A stretch of DNA of 61,774 nucleotides, filler included, from Bdellovibrionota bacterium (lineage in GTDB: Bacteria > Bdellovibrionota > Bdellovibrionia > Bdellovibrionales > JAEYZS01), in NCBI GenBank assembly GCA_963169515.1. It is 5 parts of 5 records of this genome, joined end to end, with 100 filler letters (N's around TTAATTAATTAA, not from the genome) between each part and the next. Parts side by side here need not be neighbours in the genome. Positions count along the whole stretch, not along the records: positions 27,501 to 53,971 come from CAUJEF010000137.1; positions 54,072 to 61,774 come from CAUJEF010000138.1; 3 more parts are not named here. One strand, given 5' to 3'. Below are positions 48,824 to 59,534 of this stretch, one piece after another. The notes below the pieces were generated by a model that was not told where the DNA came from, ran no database searches, and worked only from the letters and a program-made list of their open reading frames with translations. Positions within the stretch are counted from its first letter, which is position 1; each line of letters starts with the position of its first letter. The translations under genes and the position numbers were made by a program.

Positions 48824-51800
48824 ATCTCGCCGATATATCCATTAAACGACCTGTCTTCATCACAAGTATTCTGACCTTGATGTTGGTTTCTGGTTATATT
48901 TTTATGAACCGACTGCCAGTCGATTTGTTTCCCGAAGTCACCTTCCCCGTCGTTGCGGTGACAGTACCCTATCCCGGAGCGGGGCCTGCTGAAATTGAAA
49001 CCCTGATCGCAAAACCATTAGAAAATGAAATCAGTACAATATCTGGAATCAAACGCTTAAGTGCCATTGCACAGGAAGGCGTTGGCCAGGTCTGGGCAGA
49101 GTTTACCCTGGAAACAGATGTAAAATACGCAGAAGATCAAATCAAAAGTGCCGTTCAGCGAGCACGTCGAAACCTTCCAAAGGATATTGAAGAACCGACA
49201 ACGCGACGGCTCGATCCATCGGATCAACCCGTTATTGTTCTCGCTGTCAGCGCTAACCTTCCAGAGGCCGATCTTTTTGATTTAGCAAACGAAATTGTAA
49301 AACCAAAAATTGAACAAGTTAATAAAGTGGGCATGGTTGAAGTGCTTGGTGGACGCAAAAGGGAAATCCATGTATTGCTTGACCGAAACAAGTTAAAATC
49401 CCACGAAATTTCTGCATCCCAGGTCGCTGCTCGCATACAGGCATCTGGCGAAAATATTCCCGTCGGAAAGACAAACGACTCTGAAAAAGAGCTCGTGTAT
49501 CGCAGTATGGGGCAATTTCAAAAAATTGAAGATATCAAATCTGTCATAGTAAATTTTTTCGGTAACGATGTCCCTGTAACTGTTGACGAAGTGGGAACCA
49601 TTCAGGACGCTCTTAAGGACGAGACATCCCGAGCGTTTCTAAATGGCAAAAAAAGTCTCTTTATCAATGTGTATCGACAATCCGGGGCCAATACAGTTGC
49701 CGTGGTTGATTCTGTCTTAAAAAAGATCAAAAAAATCAATGACGAGCTAAAGACAAATCCAGCAAAACCGGACATCCACGTTGTTCGTGATGCTTCCACA
49801 TGGATTCGCGCCAACCTACTTGATGTCTCTGAATCGATCGGAATCGGAATCCTTCTTGCAATCTTTGTTGTTTATTTATTTTTGGGTAACGGGCGTTCGA
49901 CATTTATCACCGCTATGGCCCTCCCCAATTCATTAATTGGTGCATTTATTTTGATAGCGTTGGCTGGTTTTTCTATCAATATCATGAGCCTTTTAGCTCT
50001 TAGCCTATCCGTTGGTCTTTTGGTGGACGATGCGATCGTGGTGCGAGAAAATATTTTTCGCCACTTGGAAATGGGCAAATCTCCCCTTCGTGCTGCATTG
50101 GATGGAACCGGCGAGGTTCGACTAGCTGTAATTGCGACTACGTTTACCGTAATTGCTGTATTCGGGCCCGTCGGGTTTTTACAAGGTGTCGTCGGACAAT
50201 TCTTTAAACAATTTGGGCTGACAATCTGTTTTGCAATGATGATCAGCTTGTTTGACGCAATGACTGTGGCTCCGATGCTTTCTGCGTATCTGGCTGGGAT
50301 TAGCCAACACGGTGAAAAACGCAACTTTATACAACGAATCCTGCTGGATCCATTTGAACGCTTTTACTCAAGACTTGAAAATTTCTACGGAAGACTCGTG
50401 GCAAAGGTTATAGTGCATCCATTCAAAACGATTGGACTTGCCGTTGCCGTCTTCGCTTTCAGTATTTTTGTTAATGTAAAATGGGTTGTTAAAACATTTT
50501 TGCCACAACAAGACGCTGGCGAATTTGCAGTATCTATTCAACTTCCCCCGGGAACCAGCTTAGACCACACCGCTGAGGTGGCCTCAAAAATAGACGAGGT
50601 CATCCGTAAGAATAAAGAGGTAATTGTTTCTGCGTTCACCGTAGGAAGCCGCGACGGAGACGCAAGTGTGGCCGAAGCCTATGTGAAGCTTGTTCCCTTT
50701 GCGCAAAGAACAATGAATACGGGTGACTTTAAGGACATGGTACGCGCACAATTGAAAGAATTTGAGTTTGCCAATCCAAAGGTAAAAGATTTTGATGCCA
50801 TTGGCGGGGGTATGCGTCCATTCACAGTTAACATCGTTGGTACCGATCAAAAAGAAATTGAAAAAGCGGGTCTAGCATTGTTAGAAAAATTAAAAAAATA
50901 TCCAAAGCTTGTGGATGTGGATATTAATTTCCGACCAGGAAAGCCAGAGTTCCAAGTGCAATTTGACAAACGAATGCAGGAACAAATGGGTGTGTCTTCA
51001 GCAGAGGCAGGGATGGAGATGCGCGCACTCGTGGACGGAGTTACCGCTGCGAAATACCGGGCAAACGATCGAGAATACGACATCCGTGTCCGCTTACAAG
51101 AAGATCAGCGGGCACTGGATGATAATTTTAATGTCACCTATGTTCCAAACATAAACCGTACGCTTGTTCCCCTAAGCCGAATTGCAAAACCGGTTGAAAC
51201 AGAAGGACCATCGCGAATTAATCGTCAAGATCGCAACCGTTATGTACAAGTGAATGGCGACATAGCCGCTGGCGCCGGTTTTGCTGACATTTTAAAAGAA
51301 GTCGGCCAAATGCTCACCACTGAAGAAGATACAAAACTTCCACCCGGAATGACCTTCGCATTTGTAGGACAAGCCGAAAACTTTGAAGAGCTTGGTCAAA
51401 ATATGGCAATGGCAATGGGACTCGGGGTTCTATTTATCTACTTCGTGCTTGCAAGCTTATATGAATCATTTATTACTCCATTTACAATTATGCTCGCACT
51501 TCCGTTAGCAATTTGCGGAGCCTTCTTCTCGCTTGCAATTATGCACCAATCCCTGAATATCTTTTCATGGATTGGAATTATTATGTTGCTTGGCGTATCT
51601 ACAAAAAATTCTATCCTTCTGGTCGACTATGCAAACCAGCTCGTTGCCCAAGGTATGGATCGCGCAGAAGCGCTTGTTAAGTCTGGAAAGACTCGACTGC
51701 GTCCGATCCTCATGACAACGCTTGCGCTCATTGCAGGCAGCTTGCCAATTGCAATCGGTCTAAACGAAGCCTCACGCCAACGCGTCAGTATGGGTATTGC

Positions 51801-51984
51801 CATTATCGGCGGATTGATTACAACTACACTTCTAACACTGGTTGTCGTCCCAGCCGCCTATACTTATGTTGACCGGTTTCGCGTATGGTCTCTGAAGTGG
51901 ATGAAGAAAACCTTTGGAAGCAAAGATGTTAACAAGGACATACTAAATGGGAAGATGGAAGATGTTAAAATGCTGGGCAAATAG
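48820..51984 (+). CDS. RND efflux transporter permease (AcrB family)
   Basis: SIKRPVF, GLLVDDAIVVREN, RLRPILMT. Confidence 0.95.
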   Translation: MNLADISIKRPVFITSILTLMLVSGYIFMNRLPVDLFPEVTFPVVAVTVPYPGAGPAEIETLIAKPLENEISTISGIKRLSAIAQEGVGQVWAEFTLETDVKYAEDQIKSAVQRARRNLPKDIEEPTTRRLDPSDQPVIVLAVSANLPEADLFDLANEIVKPKIEQVNKVGMVEVLGGRKREIHVLLDRNKLKSHEISASQVAARIQASGENIPVGKTNDSEKELVYRSMGQFQKIEDIKSVIVNFFGNDVPVTVDEVGTIQDALKDETSRAFLNGKKSLFINVYRQSGANTVAVVDSVLKKIKKINDELKTNPAKPDIHVVRDASTWIRANLLDVSESIGIGILLAIFVVYLFLGNGRSTFITAMALPNSLIGAFILIALAGFSINIMSLLALSLSVGLLVDDAIVVRENIFRHLEMGKSPLRAALDGTGEVRLAVIATTFTVIAVFGPVGFLQGVVGQFFKQFGLTICFAMMISLFDAMTVAPMLSAYLAGISQHGEKRNFIQRILLDPFERFYSRLENFYGRLVAKVIVHPFKTIGLAVAVFAFSIFVNVKWVVKTFLPQQDAGEFAVSIQLPPGTSLDHTAEVASKIDEVIRKNKEVIVSAFTVGSRDGDASVAEAYVKLVPFAQRTMNTGDFKDMVRAQLKEFEFANPKVKDFDAIGGGMRPFTVNIVGTDQKEIEKAGLALLEKLKKYPKLVDVDINFRPGKPEFQVQFDKRMQEQMGVSSAEAGMEMRALVDGVTAAKYRANDREYDIRVRLQEDQRALDDNFNVTYVPNINRTLVPLSRIAKPVETEGPSRINRQDRNRYVQVNGDIAAGAGFADILKEVGQMLTTEEDTKLPPGMTFAFVGQAENFEELGQNMAMAMGLGVLFIYFVLASLYESFITPFTIMLALPLAICGAFFSLAIMHQSLNIFSWIGIIMLLGVSTKNSILLVDYANQLVAQGMDRAEALVKSGKTRLRPILMTTLALIAGSLPIAIGLNEASRQRVSMGIAIIGGLITTTLLTLVVVPAAYTYVDRFRVWSLKWMKKTFGSKDVNKDILNGKMEDVKMLGK

Positions 51985-52573
51985 ATCGCTTGTCGTTTCC
52001 GCTTTCCTATTTTCTGCCCTTGCATTAGCCGAAACTAAAATAATTGCTCTTGGTGACTCACTCACCGAGGGTTATGGAATTTCAGAAGAACAGGCCTACC
52101 CCGCTCTTTTACAAGATCGTCTTTCCAAAGAAGGTTTCAACATAAAAATCATCAATGCCGGAGTTAGCGGTGCCACATCCGCAAGCGGCCCCAGCCGCTT
52201 AAAATGGCATTTGAAAGCAAAACCAAGCATCCTGATTCTTGCACTCGGTGCAAACGATGGCCTTCGAGGGATTAGTTCAGAAAAAATGGAAAAAAATTTG
52301 ATAGAGACCCTAAGGATAGCCCAAAAAAATTCAATGAAAATATTATTTGTCGGAATGCAAATGCCGCCTAACTATGGAAAAAAATACAGAGACGATTATC
52401 AAAACGTCTTTTCTAAAATTGCAAAAAAAGAGCGGCTAGAATTTGTCCCTTTTCTTCTTGAAGGCGTTGCCGGAAATCCAAAACTGAATCTTCCTGATGG
52501 CATTCACCCCAATGAAGAAGGACATAAAGTTCTGGCAGAAACTATCTACAAGCACCTGAAGAAGCTGTTATGA
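51947..52573 (+). CDS. tesA: Arylesterase / acyl-CoA thioesterase I (GDSL)
   Basis: GDSL, GANDGLRG, DGIHPN. Confidence 0.88.
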   Translation: MGRWKMLKCWANRSLVVSAFLFSALALAETKIIALGDSLTEGYGISEEQAYPALLQDRLSKEGFNIKIINAGVSGATSASGPSRLKWHLKAKPSILILALGANDGLRGISSEKMEKNLIETLRIAQKNSMKILFVGMQMPPNYGKKYRDDYQNVFSKIAKKERLEFVPFLLEGVAGNPKLNLPDGIHPNEEGHKVLAETIYKHLKKLL

Positions 52574-53259
52574 TTTTAAAAGTGAACAATCTTTCTAAAA
52601 AGTTCAACCAAGGCAGTAATGTCATAGAGGTTTTTAAAAATATCAATTTATCTGTCGAAAAAGGCGATACCGTTGCTGTGATCGGTCCATCCGGCAGCGG
52701 CAAGACAACATTTCTCAGTCTCGTGGCAGGACTTGATCATCCGACGGCAGGCGAGATTGTCATCGATGGACAAAATCTGGCTCTCCTTTCGGAAAGTCAA
52801 CTTACGCAATTTCGAGCACAACGGATCGGAATAATTTTTCAACAGTTCAACTTATTCTCACATCTTACTGCTCTAGAAAATATCGCTCTCCCCTTAGAGC
52901 TAAAAAACGATCCGGCCGCCCTAGAAAAAGCCCAAAAAGCGATCTCAAGCGTCGGGCTCGATCACAGAAAGAACCACTTTCCATCGCAAATGAGTGGCGG
53001 CGAACAGCAGCGGGTTGCAATTGCACGCGCGTTTATTGTTGAACCAGCACTTCTGCTGGCTGATGAGCCGAGCGGAAATTTAGATTCCAAAACAGGTGAT
53101 CAAGTCATGCAGCTTTTGTTTGATTTGGTCGAAAAAAACAAAATGACGCTCTTATTGATTACCCACAACGAAACCTTAGCCGAAAAATGTAATCATCGCT
53201 TTTTCATTGATAAAAACAGACTCACCGACGCTAAACATCCGCTAGATATACGGGCTTAA
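52570..53259 (+). CDS. ABC transporter ATP-binding protein (YbbA-like)
   Basis: [26 protein letters not shown]; adjacent to tesA and a YbbP-like permease. Confidence 0.9.
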   Translation: MILKVNNLSKKFNQGSNVIEVFKNINLSVEKGDTVAVIGPSGSGKTTFLSLVAGLDHPTAGEIVIDGQNLALLSESQLTQFRAQRIGIIFQQFNLFSHLTALENIALPLELKNDPAALEKAQKAISSVGLDHRKNHFPSQMSGGEQQRVAIARAFIVEPALLLADEPSGNLDSKTGDQVMQLLFDLVEKNKMTLLLITHNETLAEKCNHRFFIDKNRLTDAKHPLDIRA

Positions 53260-53260
53260 T

Positions 53261-53965
53261 ATGCTCCTAAGACTTGCATTTAAAGAACTCTGGAATAATA
53301 AAAAATTTGTATTGTTCTTTGTTGCAAACCTTAGCTTAGGCCTGGCTTGCTTTATTGGATTGGATTCATTTAAAAACTCAATCCAAGATACTCTCTATAA
53401 ACAATCCCGTGAAATTCTGGCTGCAGACCTGCGGGTCGGGGGACGCCGCGGCCTAACTATCGATGAGCGCAAGGCGTTTTTGCAAGCGCTTCCTGCTGGC
53501 TCAAAGGTCAGCTCTGTTACGGAACTTTATTCAATGCTCAGTTTTAAAAATGTATCCCGCCTTGTGCAGGTAAAAGTCATCGAAGACAGTTACCCGTACT
53601 ATGGAGAGCTCACCCTAGCTGATGGATCTTCAGTAACAGAATACAGCCCAAAAGATATTTCTATTGAAAACGGGGTTTGGGTTCAACCGGAACTCTTGAT
53701 TCAGCTTGGAGCCAAATTAGGAGATACGATCTCTCTTGGTGATAGCAAATTTAAAATATTGAACTCTGTAATAAAAGACAGCTCCTCTGCATGGTCAGGC
53801 ATTGCCCTGGCTCCTCGAATATATGTATCGGCAAAGTTTATATCTGGCACAAACCTCGTTAAATTTGGCACCACTGCTTTTTACTCAAATCTCATAAAAC
53901 TTCCACCAAAGGCTGATGAATTTGAGCTCGAAAAAAAATTAAATGTGCTTCTGCCCGATCAATGA
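53261..53965 (+). CDS. YbbP-like ABC permease, N-terminal part (ends at contig edge)
   Basis: LAFKELW, ILAADL, YPYYGEL; much shorter than a full permease. Confidence 0.8.
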   Translation: MLLRLAFKELWNNKKFVLFFVANLSLGLACFIGLDSFKNSIQDTLYKQSREILAADLRVGGRRGLTIDERKAFLQALPAGSKVSSVTELYSMLSFKNVSRLVQVKVIEDSYPYYGELTLADGSSVTEYSPKDISIENGVWVQPELLIQLGAKLGDTISLGDSKFKILNSVIKDSSSAWSGIALAPRIYVSAKFISGTNLVKFGTTAFYSNLIKLPPKADEFELEKKLNVLLPDQ

Positions 53966-53971
53966 ATTGAT

Positions 53972-54071
53972 NNNNNNNNNNNNNNNNNNNNNNNNNNNNN
54001 NNNNNNNNNNNNNNNTTAATTAATTAANNNNNNNNNNNNNNNNNNNNNNNNNNNNNNNNNNNNNNNNNNNN
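53972..54071. other. Artificial contig-joining spacer
   Basis: N run, TTAATTAATTAA, N run. Confidence 0.98.
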
Positions 54072-55212
54072 TCCCACTATTGAGACCGCTGTCTGCAATT
54101 GCAAACATTGGCAACCCGGCCCCATTGGTGTGGGAATTTGTTAGCTTTTCCAAGCGCCGCTCTGATATTGAAGCCAACGCAGCAACAGCAATGGCTGAAA
54201 AGTCCATTTGAAATGCAATCGGCTGACCGTGAAAGTTCCCGCCAGATAAAATTTTATCTTCTTTATGAAATACAAGCGGATTATCCGTTGCTGAGTTGGC
54301 CTCTCGCTCTAAAACCTCCACGGCATTTCGAAGCGTATCCTTTGCCGCTCCATGGACCTGTGGCATACATCGCAAGGAATAGGAATCTTGCACACGATCG
54401 CAGCCTTCGTGACTTTTTGAAATTTTCGATTGCCGCCCTAAAATTTTAATTAAGTTTTTTGCGGTCTTTGATTCGCCCGGATGGGGGCGCACACTCGAAA
54501 TCAATGGATCGAATGCGTTTCGGCTCCCGAGCAAAGCTTCGACACTCATCGCTCCTGCAAGATCACTAAGCCAACACAATCGACGCGCTCGGGAAAGATT
54601 TAACAGACCGACGCCGGTCATCACTTGACAGCCGTTGATAAGAGAAAGTCCCTCTTTTGCTTGCAGTTCCAATGGTTTAATTTTTTTAGCCCCTAGAACT
54701 TTAGCTGTTGCAGTTTTTTTTCCATCACCCCACACATAACCTTCGCCAATTATTGCCAACGCTAAATGGGACAATGGCGCAAGATCTCCGCTCGCGCCAA
54801 CGCTCCCTTGTTGAGGAATGTAGGGGACGATATCAGCATTTAAAAATTCCAGGATCTTTTCAATAACCTCAGGACGAACACCACTATTACCGCAGGCAAG
54901 CGCATTTGCTCGCAGTAACATGATCGCACGAGTTTCTTCAGCCGAAAACGGTTCCCCAACGCCCGTTGAATGGGAACGTATTAAATTCTTTTGAAGTTGC
55001 GTAAGTCTTTTGTCATCAATTCTAACTCGGGCCGCAGCACCAAACCCTGTGTTGACCCCGTACACAGCCTCCTGAGATTTCAGTTTCTTTTCAATATAAG
55101 CTCGTGAGTCGGAGACCTTTTTTTTTGCAGCTGATGAAAGCTCTACTTTTTCCTTTTCTAAGGCGATTTGAATGACGTGTTCTAAATTCAGCCCTTTGCC
55201 CTCGATTTTCAT
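54072..55212 (-). CDS. hutH: Histidine ammonia-lyase, 3' truncated
   Basis: YGVNTGFG, GSVGASGDLAPL (MIO), QDSYSLRC, GGNFHG. Confidence 0.95.
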
Positions 55213-55850
55213 TTTTGCCCTCTTAAGTTTTCAATGGCTGCCTTGTAATCGTTTTTAAATACGTAACTGCCAGCAACCATCACATTTGCTCCCGCATCCC
55301 GACAAATCTTTGATGTTTTTTCATCGATACCGCCATCGACCTCAATAAACACATTGGGCTTTACGTGCTTGCGCACATAGCGAATTTTATCCACTTGATC
55401 AGTCAAGAAACTTTGCCCGCCAAACCCAGGTTCGACGGTCATTATCAAAACCAGATCGACAAGATCAAAAAAAGATTCTATTTTTTTGATATCGGTTCCA
55501 GGTCGCAAAGTGATTCCAACTTTTGCACCTAATTTTCGGACTTCTTTTAAGACTGAAGCTGGATCTTTTGTTGATTCTTGATGAATTGTAACAATGTCCG
55601 CACCCGCCTTAATAAAAGCAGCAATATAATCTTCTGGATTTACGATCATTAGATGCACATCCAATGGAATTTTTGAAACTTTCTTGATCGAAGCCACGAC
55701 CGGGGGACCAATTGTAATATTTTTTACAAATTGTCCATCCATAACATCAACGTGTAGCCAATCAGCTCCGGCCGCGGTAACCTTTTTAATTTCTGATTGA
55801 AGATTTGCAAAATCAGAAGACAACAAGCTGGGTGCGACGAGTGTTTTCAA
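55209..55850 (-). CDS. rpe: Ribulose-phosphate 3-epimerase
   Basis: HVDVMDG, MTVEPGFGGQ, EVDGG. Confidence 0.96.
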   Translation of the reverse strand: MKTLVAPSLLSSDFANLQSEIKKVTAAGADWLHVDVMDGQFVKNITIGPPVVASIKKVSKIPLDVHLMIVNPEDYIAAFIKAGADIVTIHQESTKDPASVLKEVRKLGAKVGITLRPGTDIKKIESFFDLVDLVLIMTVEPGFGGQSFLTDQVDKIRYVRKHVKPNVFIEVDGGIDEKTSKICRDAGANVMVAGSYVFKNDYKAAIENLRGQK

Positions 55851-56779
55851 AACTTTTCACCTTTTTGCAGTGGATAGCCTAATAAATATTGCTCCACATT
55901 CATTTTAGATTTCGACTCTGGATGTACTTCCAAGACTTTTAACGCTCCACTGCCACACGATACAACAAAAAATTTCTTATCCACCTGAATAACGTGGCCT
56001 GGCTTTCCGCCTGTGTCAGTAAGGCACTCCGCTTGTGTGATTTTCAAAATACCGTTGCGTTGGGTCCAAACCCCGGGCCAAATTGAAAAAGCTCTGAGAC
56101 GATTAAAAATAGTACGCGCAGGATCGTTCCAATTAATTTGCCCCTCTTCTTTTTCAATTTTTTTTGCGATTGTTACTTCGGATTCGTTTTGTTCTCGCGG
56201 CGATAAATTTCCGCGCAAATAATCCATGTAATCCACCTTAAGCAAATCACACGCCATCATTTTCATTTTATTATAAAGCACGCCCGCATCAATATCATCG
56301 GTCAGGTCCATTTTTCGAACCCCGATCACAGGTCCAGCATCCAATTTTAAAACAATCTTTTGCAATGAAACACCTGTTTCCCTGTCACCGGCCTCGATTG
56401 ACCTCTGTATGGGAGCCGCCCCACGCCATCTCGGCAAAAGACTCGCGTGAACATTAACTACCCCAAGAGGGAATAGATCTAAAAAATCCTGCTTAAGAAT
56501 TTGACCAAACGCAATCACAACCGCGCTATCACAACGAAAAGATCTTATTTTTTCCAGAAACTCAGGCGAATTGACTTTGTCTGTTGTTTCGACTTTCAGC
56601 CCGAGCCGCAATGCCGCTTCCTTTACCGGTGACGACTGCACTTTCATGTTCCTACCACGCTGTCTGTCGGGTTGACTAACCACAGCCGCGATTTCAAAGT
56701 GCTCATCTTTTGCAAGCGATTCAAGCGGTTCAACAGCAAAATCCGGGGTCCCGAGATAGAGGATGCGAATCTTACTCAT
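55847..56779 (-). CDS. fmt: Methionyl-tRNA formyltransferase
   Basis: GTPDFA, NVHASLLPRWRGAAPI. Confidence 0.96.
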   Translation of the reverse strand: MSKIRILYLGTPDFAVEPLESLAKDEHFEIAAVVSQPDRQRGRNMKVQSSPVKEAALRLGLKVETTDKVNSPEFLEKIRSFRCDSAVVIAFGQILKQDFLDLFPLGVVNVHASLLPRWRGAAPIQRSIEAGDRETGVSLQKIVLKLDAGPVIGVRKMDLTDDIDAGVLYNKMKMMACDLLKVDYMDYLRGNLSPREQNESEVTIAKKIEKEEGQINWNDPARTIFNRLRAFSIWPGVWTQRNGILKITQAECLTDTGGKPGHVIQVDKKFFVVSCGSGALKVLEVHPESKSKMNVEQYLLGYPLQKGEKF

Positions 56780-56788
56780 GGGTTGTGC

Positions 56789-57361
56789 CTATAGAATCCG
56801 TCTTTCCTGCTTACGCTCAGGGTAGCCGTGTTTTTTGATGCTGGATTTGATTTTACTGCTTTTAAGAAAGCTGATGCGATCGATAAAAAGCTTCCCATCG
56901 AGATGGTCAATTTCGTGTTGTATACAAATTGCAAGCAACCCATCAGTTTTGATTTCAATTTTTTTGCCATTTTCATCGAGTGCAGACACCTCTATGTAGT
57001 TCGCACGCTCCACAGTTTCGATAAAACCTGGCACGCTCAAACACCCTTCCCCGTAAGTAGTCTTGCCCTCACGCTTTGTGATCTCGGGATTAATAACGAT
57101 CAGTGGCTGTGAGTACTTTTTTTCAAGCTCTGTCATGTCTTCCATCGTTGGATTGCCCTCTTCATCCGAAGATCTCGTATCAATCACAACCATTCGAATT
57201 TGGCGATCGACTTGGGGGGCCGCTAGCCCCACCCCACGCTCGTAATACATGGTTTCAAGCATATCCTGTGCCAGCGTGCGAATTTCAGGGGTGACATCTT
57301 TAACGCGCGTTGATTTTTTGCGCAAATTTGGGTGGGGAAATGTCAAAACTTTCAATATCAT
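56789..57361 (-). CDS. def: Peptide deformylase
   Basis: GVGLAAPQ, EGCLS, QHEIDHL. Confidence 0.96.
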   Translation of the reverse strand: MILKVLTFPHPNLRKKSTRVKDVTPEIRTLAQDMLETMYYERGVGLAAPQVDRQIRMVVIDTRSSDEEGNPTMEDMTELEKKYSQPLIVINPEITKREGKTTYGEGCLSVPGFIETVERANYIEVSALDENGKKIEIKTDGLLAICIQHEIDHLDGKLFIDRISFLKSSKIKSSIKKHGYPERKQERRIL

Positions 57362-57405
57362 AAATAGCCCTAATACCGAGGAAAACTAACGATAATTTTA
57401 ACGCA

Positions 57406-58485
57406 TTATTTCTTAAGGCGCAATAAGAAGAAGATTGTGACAGACACCATAGCGATGTTGGGCAACCAAGCCGCAATTACTGGGGGCAAAGACCCGTGGC
57501 GGCCCATCGCCAGCCCAGAGCTAAAAAGAATCCAATATGAAAATGCAAGCGCAAGACAAATTGCGACCCCCTTCATTCGTCCCACCGAGCGGTTGTTTTG
57601 AACGCTAAATGGAATCCCTATAAAAGACATTACAAAGGCCGCAAATGAAAACCCAAATTTACCATGATAATCTACCTCGTAACGCAGAGTATCCAGTCCC
57701 GCCTCTTTGTTTTTTTGAACGTAACGACGAAGTTCTCTTGCAGATAGAGTGTCGGAATATTGAGTCGTATTCTGAATATCCTCAACGATATTTTCTAAGG
57801 ATATTACCTTTTCTTTGAACTCTTGATTCAGAGGAAAGCTCGAGTCTTGAGTAAACAAGGTAATAGTTCCGTCGTTTAGAGTCCAATGATCTTCTTTAAC
57901 AAGAGCATCGCGTGCCGAAATCAATTGAACCAAATCCCAATTGTTGTCGAAATAATAAAAGGTCACGCCCTGTGCGAGTTTTTTTTCTGCATTGTAGGTC
58001 TGCAAATTTAGAATGATATTTTTGTCTCGGTACCAAATTTTGTTAGTTTTAATCGTTGAAAAATGTCCCGGCTTTTTCTTAATTTCAGAATAAAAAATAT
58101 AATTTTTTTTCGAATTTGCTAGTGGCAGGACCTGGTCCCCAATCCAAAAAGCCAGGACCGAAAGTACCGCAACGATGATCAGTATAGGCGCACTCACACG
58201 GGCTAAACTGTTGCCAAAAGTGAACAGAGCTACAAGTTCATTGGACTTATTCATCCCGCTCAAGGTGAAAAGCGTGCCCACCAAACACGCGGCCGGCAGC
58301 ATCTGATAAATCACGGATGGGGTGTAATAAAGATAGTACTTGATGAGCGTCGCAATCGGCGGAGACTCGCGCACCAACAAGGAAAGCGCATCAACCGCTA
58401 TAAACAAAGTCAATAATGCCACCAAACTTGACACTAGGTAGACGAAAAAAACCTTTAAAATGTGCCGGTCAATGATATCGAACAT
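57406..58485 (-). CDS. lptG: LPS export ABC transporter permease LptG
   Basis: IIDRHI, SNELVAL, AAWLPN; LptF/G topology. Confidence 0.82.
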   Translation of the reverse strand: MFDIIDRHILKVFFVYLVSSLVALLTLFIAVDALSLLVRESPPIATLIKYYLYYTPSVIYQMLPAACLVGTLFTLSGMNKSNELVALFTFGNSLARVSAPILIIVAVLSVLAFWIGDQVLPLANSKKNYIFYSEIKKKPGHFSTIKTNKIWYRDKNIILNLQTYNAEKKLAQGVTFYYFDNNWDLVQLISARDALVKEDHWTLNDGTITLFTQDSSFPLNQEFKEKVISLENIVEDIQNTTQYSDTLSARELRRYVQKNKEAGLDTLRYEVDYHGKFGFSFAAFVMSFIGIPFSVQNNRSVGRMKGVAICLALAFSYWILFSSGLAMGRHGSLPPVIAAWLPNIAMVSVTIFFLLRLKK

Positions 58486-58571
58486 ATACTTTCATTTATA
58501 AACCGTAGCACCCCATATTCCGAAGCACTTTCTCTTGACTCCTATTTTAAAAATAAGTTTACTGAAGGCGA

Positions 58572-59534
58572 ATGGCTTTACGCGTCTTACTCGCTGATAA
58601 TAGCGAATCTATTAAAAAAGTGGTTTTGATTTCCCTTCAGGAACATGGTGTTGACCTCAAAGTCGTCGGTTCCGGGCTGGATGTCATCGACGTCGCAACA
58701 AAGTTCAATCCAGAAATTATTTTTGTCGACATTCTCTTGCAAAAGCAATCGGGTTATGATGTCAGCCGTCTTTTGAAAACCCACCCTGTTTTAAAATCAA
58801 TCCCTGTCGTTTTGATGTGGAGCGGGTTCATGGACCTTGACGAAGACAAGGCACGGGACTCATTGGCAGACGCAAAGCTTGAAAAGCCTTTTGAGGCGGA
58901 AGCTCTTCGAAATTTAGTTAAGAATTTAGTCACTCCAAAAGCCTCGTCAAAACCAGTCTCTAAATCGACGACATCAACGCCAACAAACTTGAGCGCTCAC
59001 TTGGAAATGCCAGATGACTCGCCTTCAGGCGGTCCAATCAACATTCGTGATCACTTGGACCAACCGGATGAAAGTCCTCTCCCAGAAGTTGATCTTCAAA
59101 ACCATGCAGAGGAGTTTCAGCAAGTAGAAATTGGATCTGTGCCAGAATTTGCAAACCAAGAACCTTCTATTGCACAACCTATGGCAGAGCACAGCCCATT
59201 TGAATTGGCGCTACCCGAAAATTCATCTGCGGACGATATAAATATTGAATATAACGAGCCAGAAGCCGTGAAAAATATGGATTTCTTGCTCAATAAACAA
59301 GAAAATCCAAGTTTTAATGTTGAACCTCCTCCGACAGTCACTGCCATCGGTTCTGAAGTGGTGATCAAGGGGCAAAACGGTGGAAGCTCGCTTTCACATA
59401 TGCAATTAGAAGAACTTGTAAAACAGCAGTGCCAAGAAATTATTGAAAAAATGGCATGGAAAATCGTTCCGGATTTAGCCTCTAAAATCGTAAAAGAAGA
59501 ACTAAATCGGTTGATTCGCGATATAGAAAACTAA
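58572..59534 (+). CDS. romR: RomR-like polarity response regulator
   Basis: Receiver domain, Pro/acidic linker, C-terminal IIEKMAWKIVPDLASKIVKEELNRL. Confidence 0.75.
   Translation: MALRVLLADNSESIKKVVLISLQEHGVDLKVVGSGLDVIDVATKFNPEIIFVDILLQKQSGYDVSRLLKTHPVLKSIPVVLMWSGFMDLDEDKARDSLADAKLEKPFEAEALRNLVKNLVTPKASSKPVSKSTTSTPTNLSAHLEMPDDSPSGGPINIRDHLDQPDESPLPEVDLQNHAEEFQQVEIGSVPEFANQEPSIAQPMAEHSPFELALPENSSADDINIEYNEPEAVKNMDFLLNKQENPSFNVEPPPTVTAIGSEVVIKGQNGGSSLSHMQLEELVKQQCQEIIEKMAWKIVPDLASKIVKEELNRLIRDIEN

Noticed and set aside
53261..53971. YbbP-like permease with a stop at 234 aa (possible pseudogene)
   Set aside because: The stop is 6 bp from the contig end, so an assembly-edge artefact is more likely.
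5102..54071. Four identical N-TTAATTAATTAA-N blocks (5102, 16321, 27401, 53972)
   Set aside because: Artificial six-frame-stop linkers. Genes on opposite sides are not true neighbours, and ORFs running into them are truncated, not pseudogenes.
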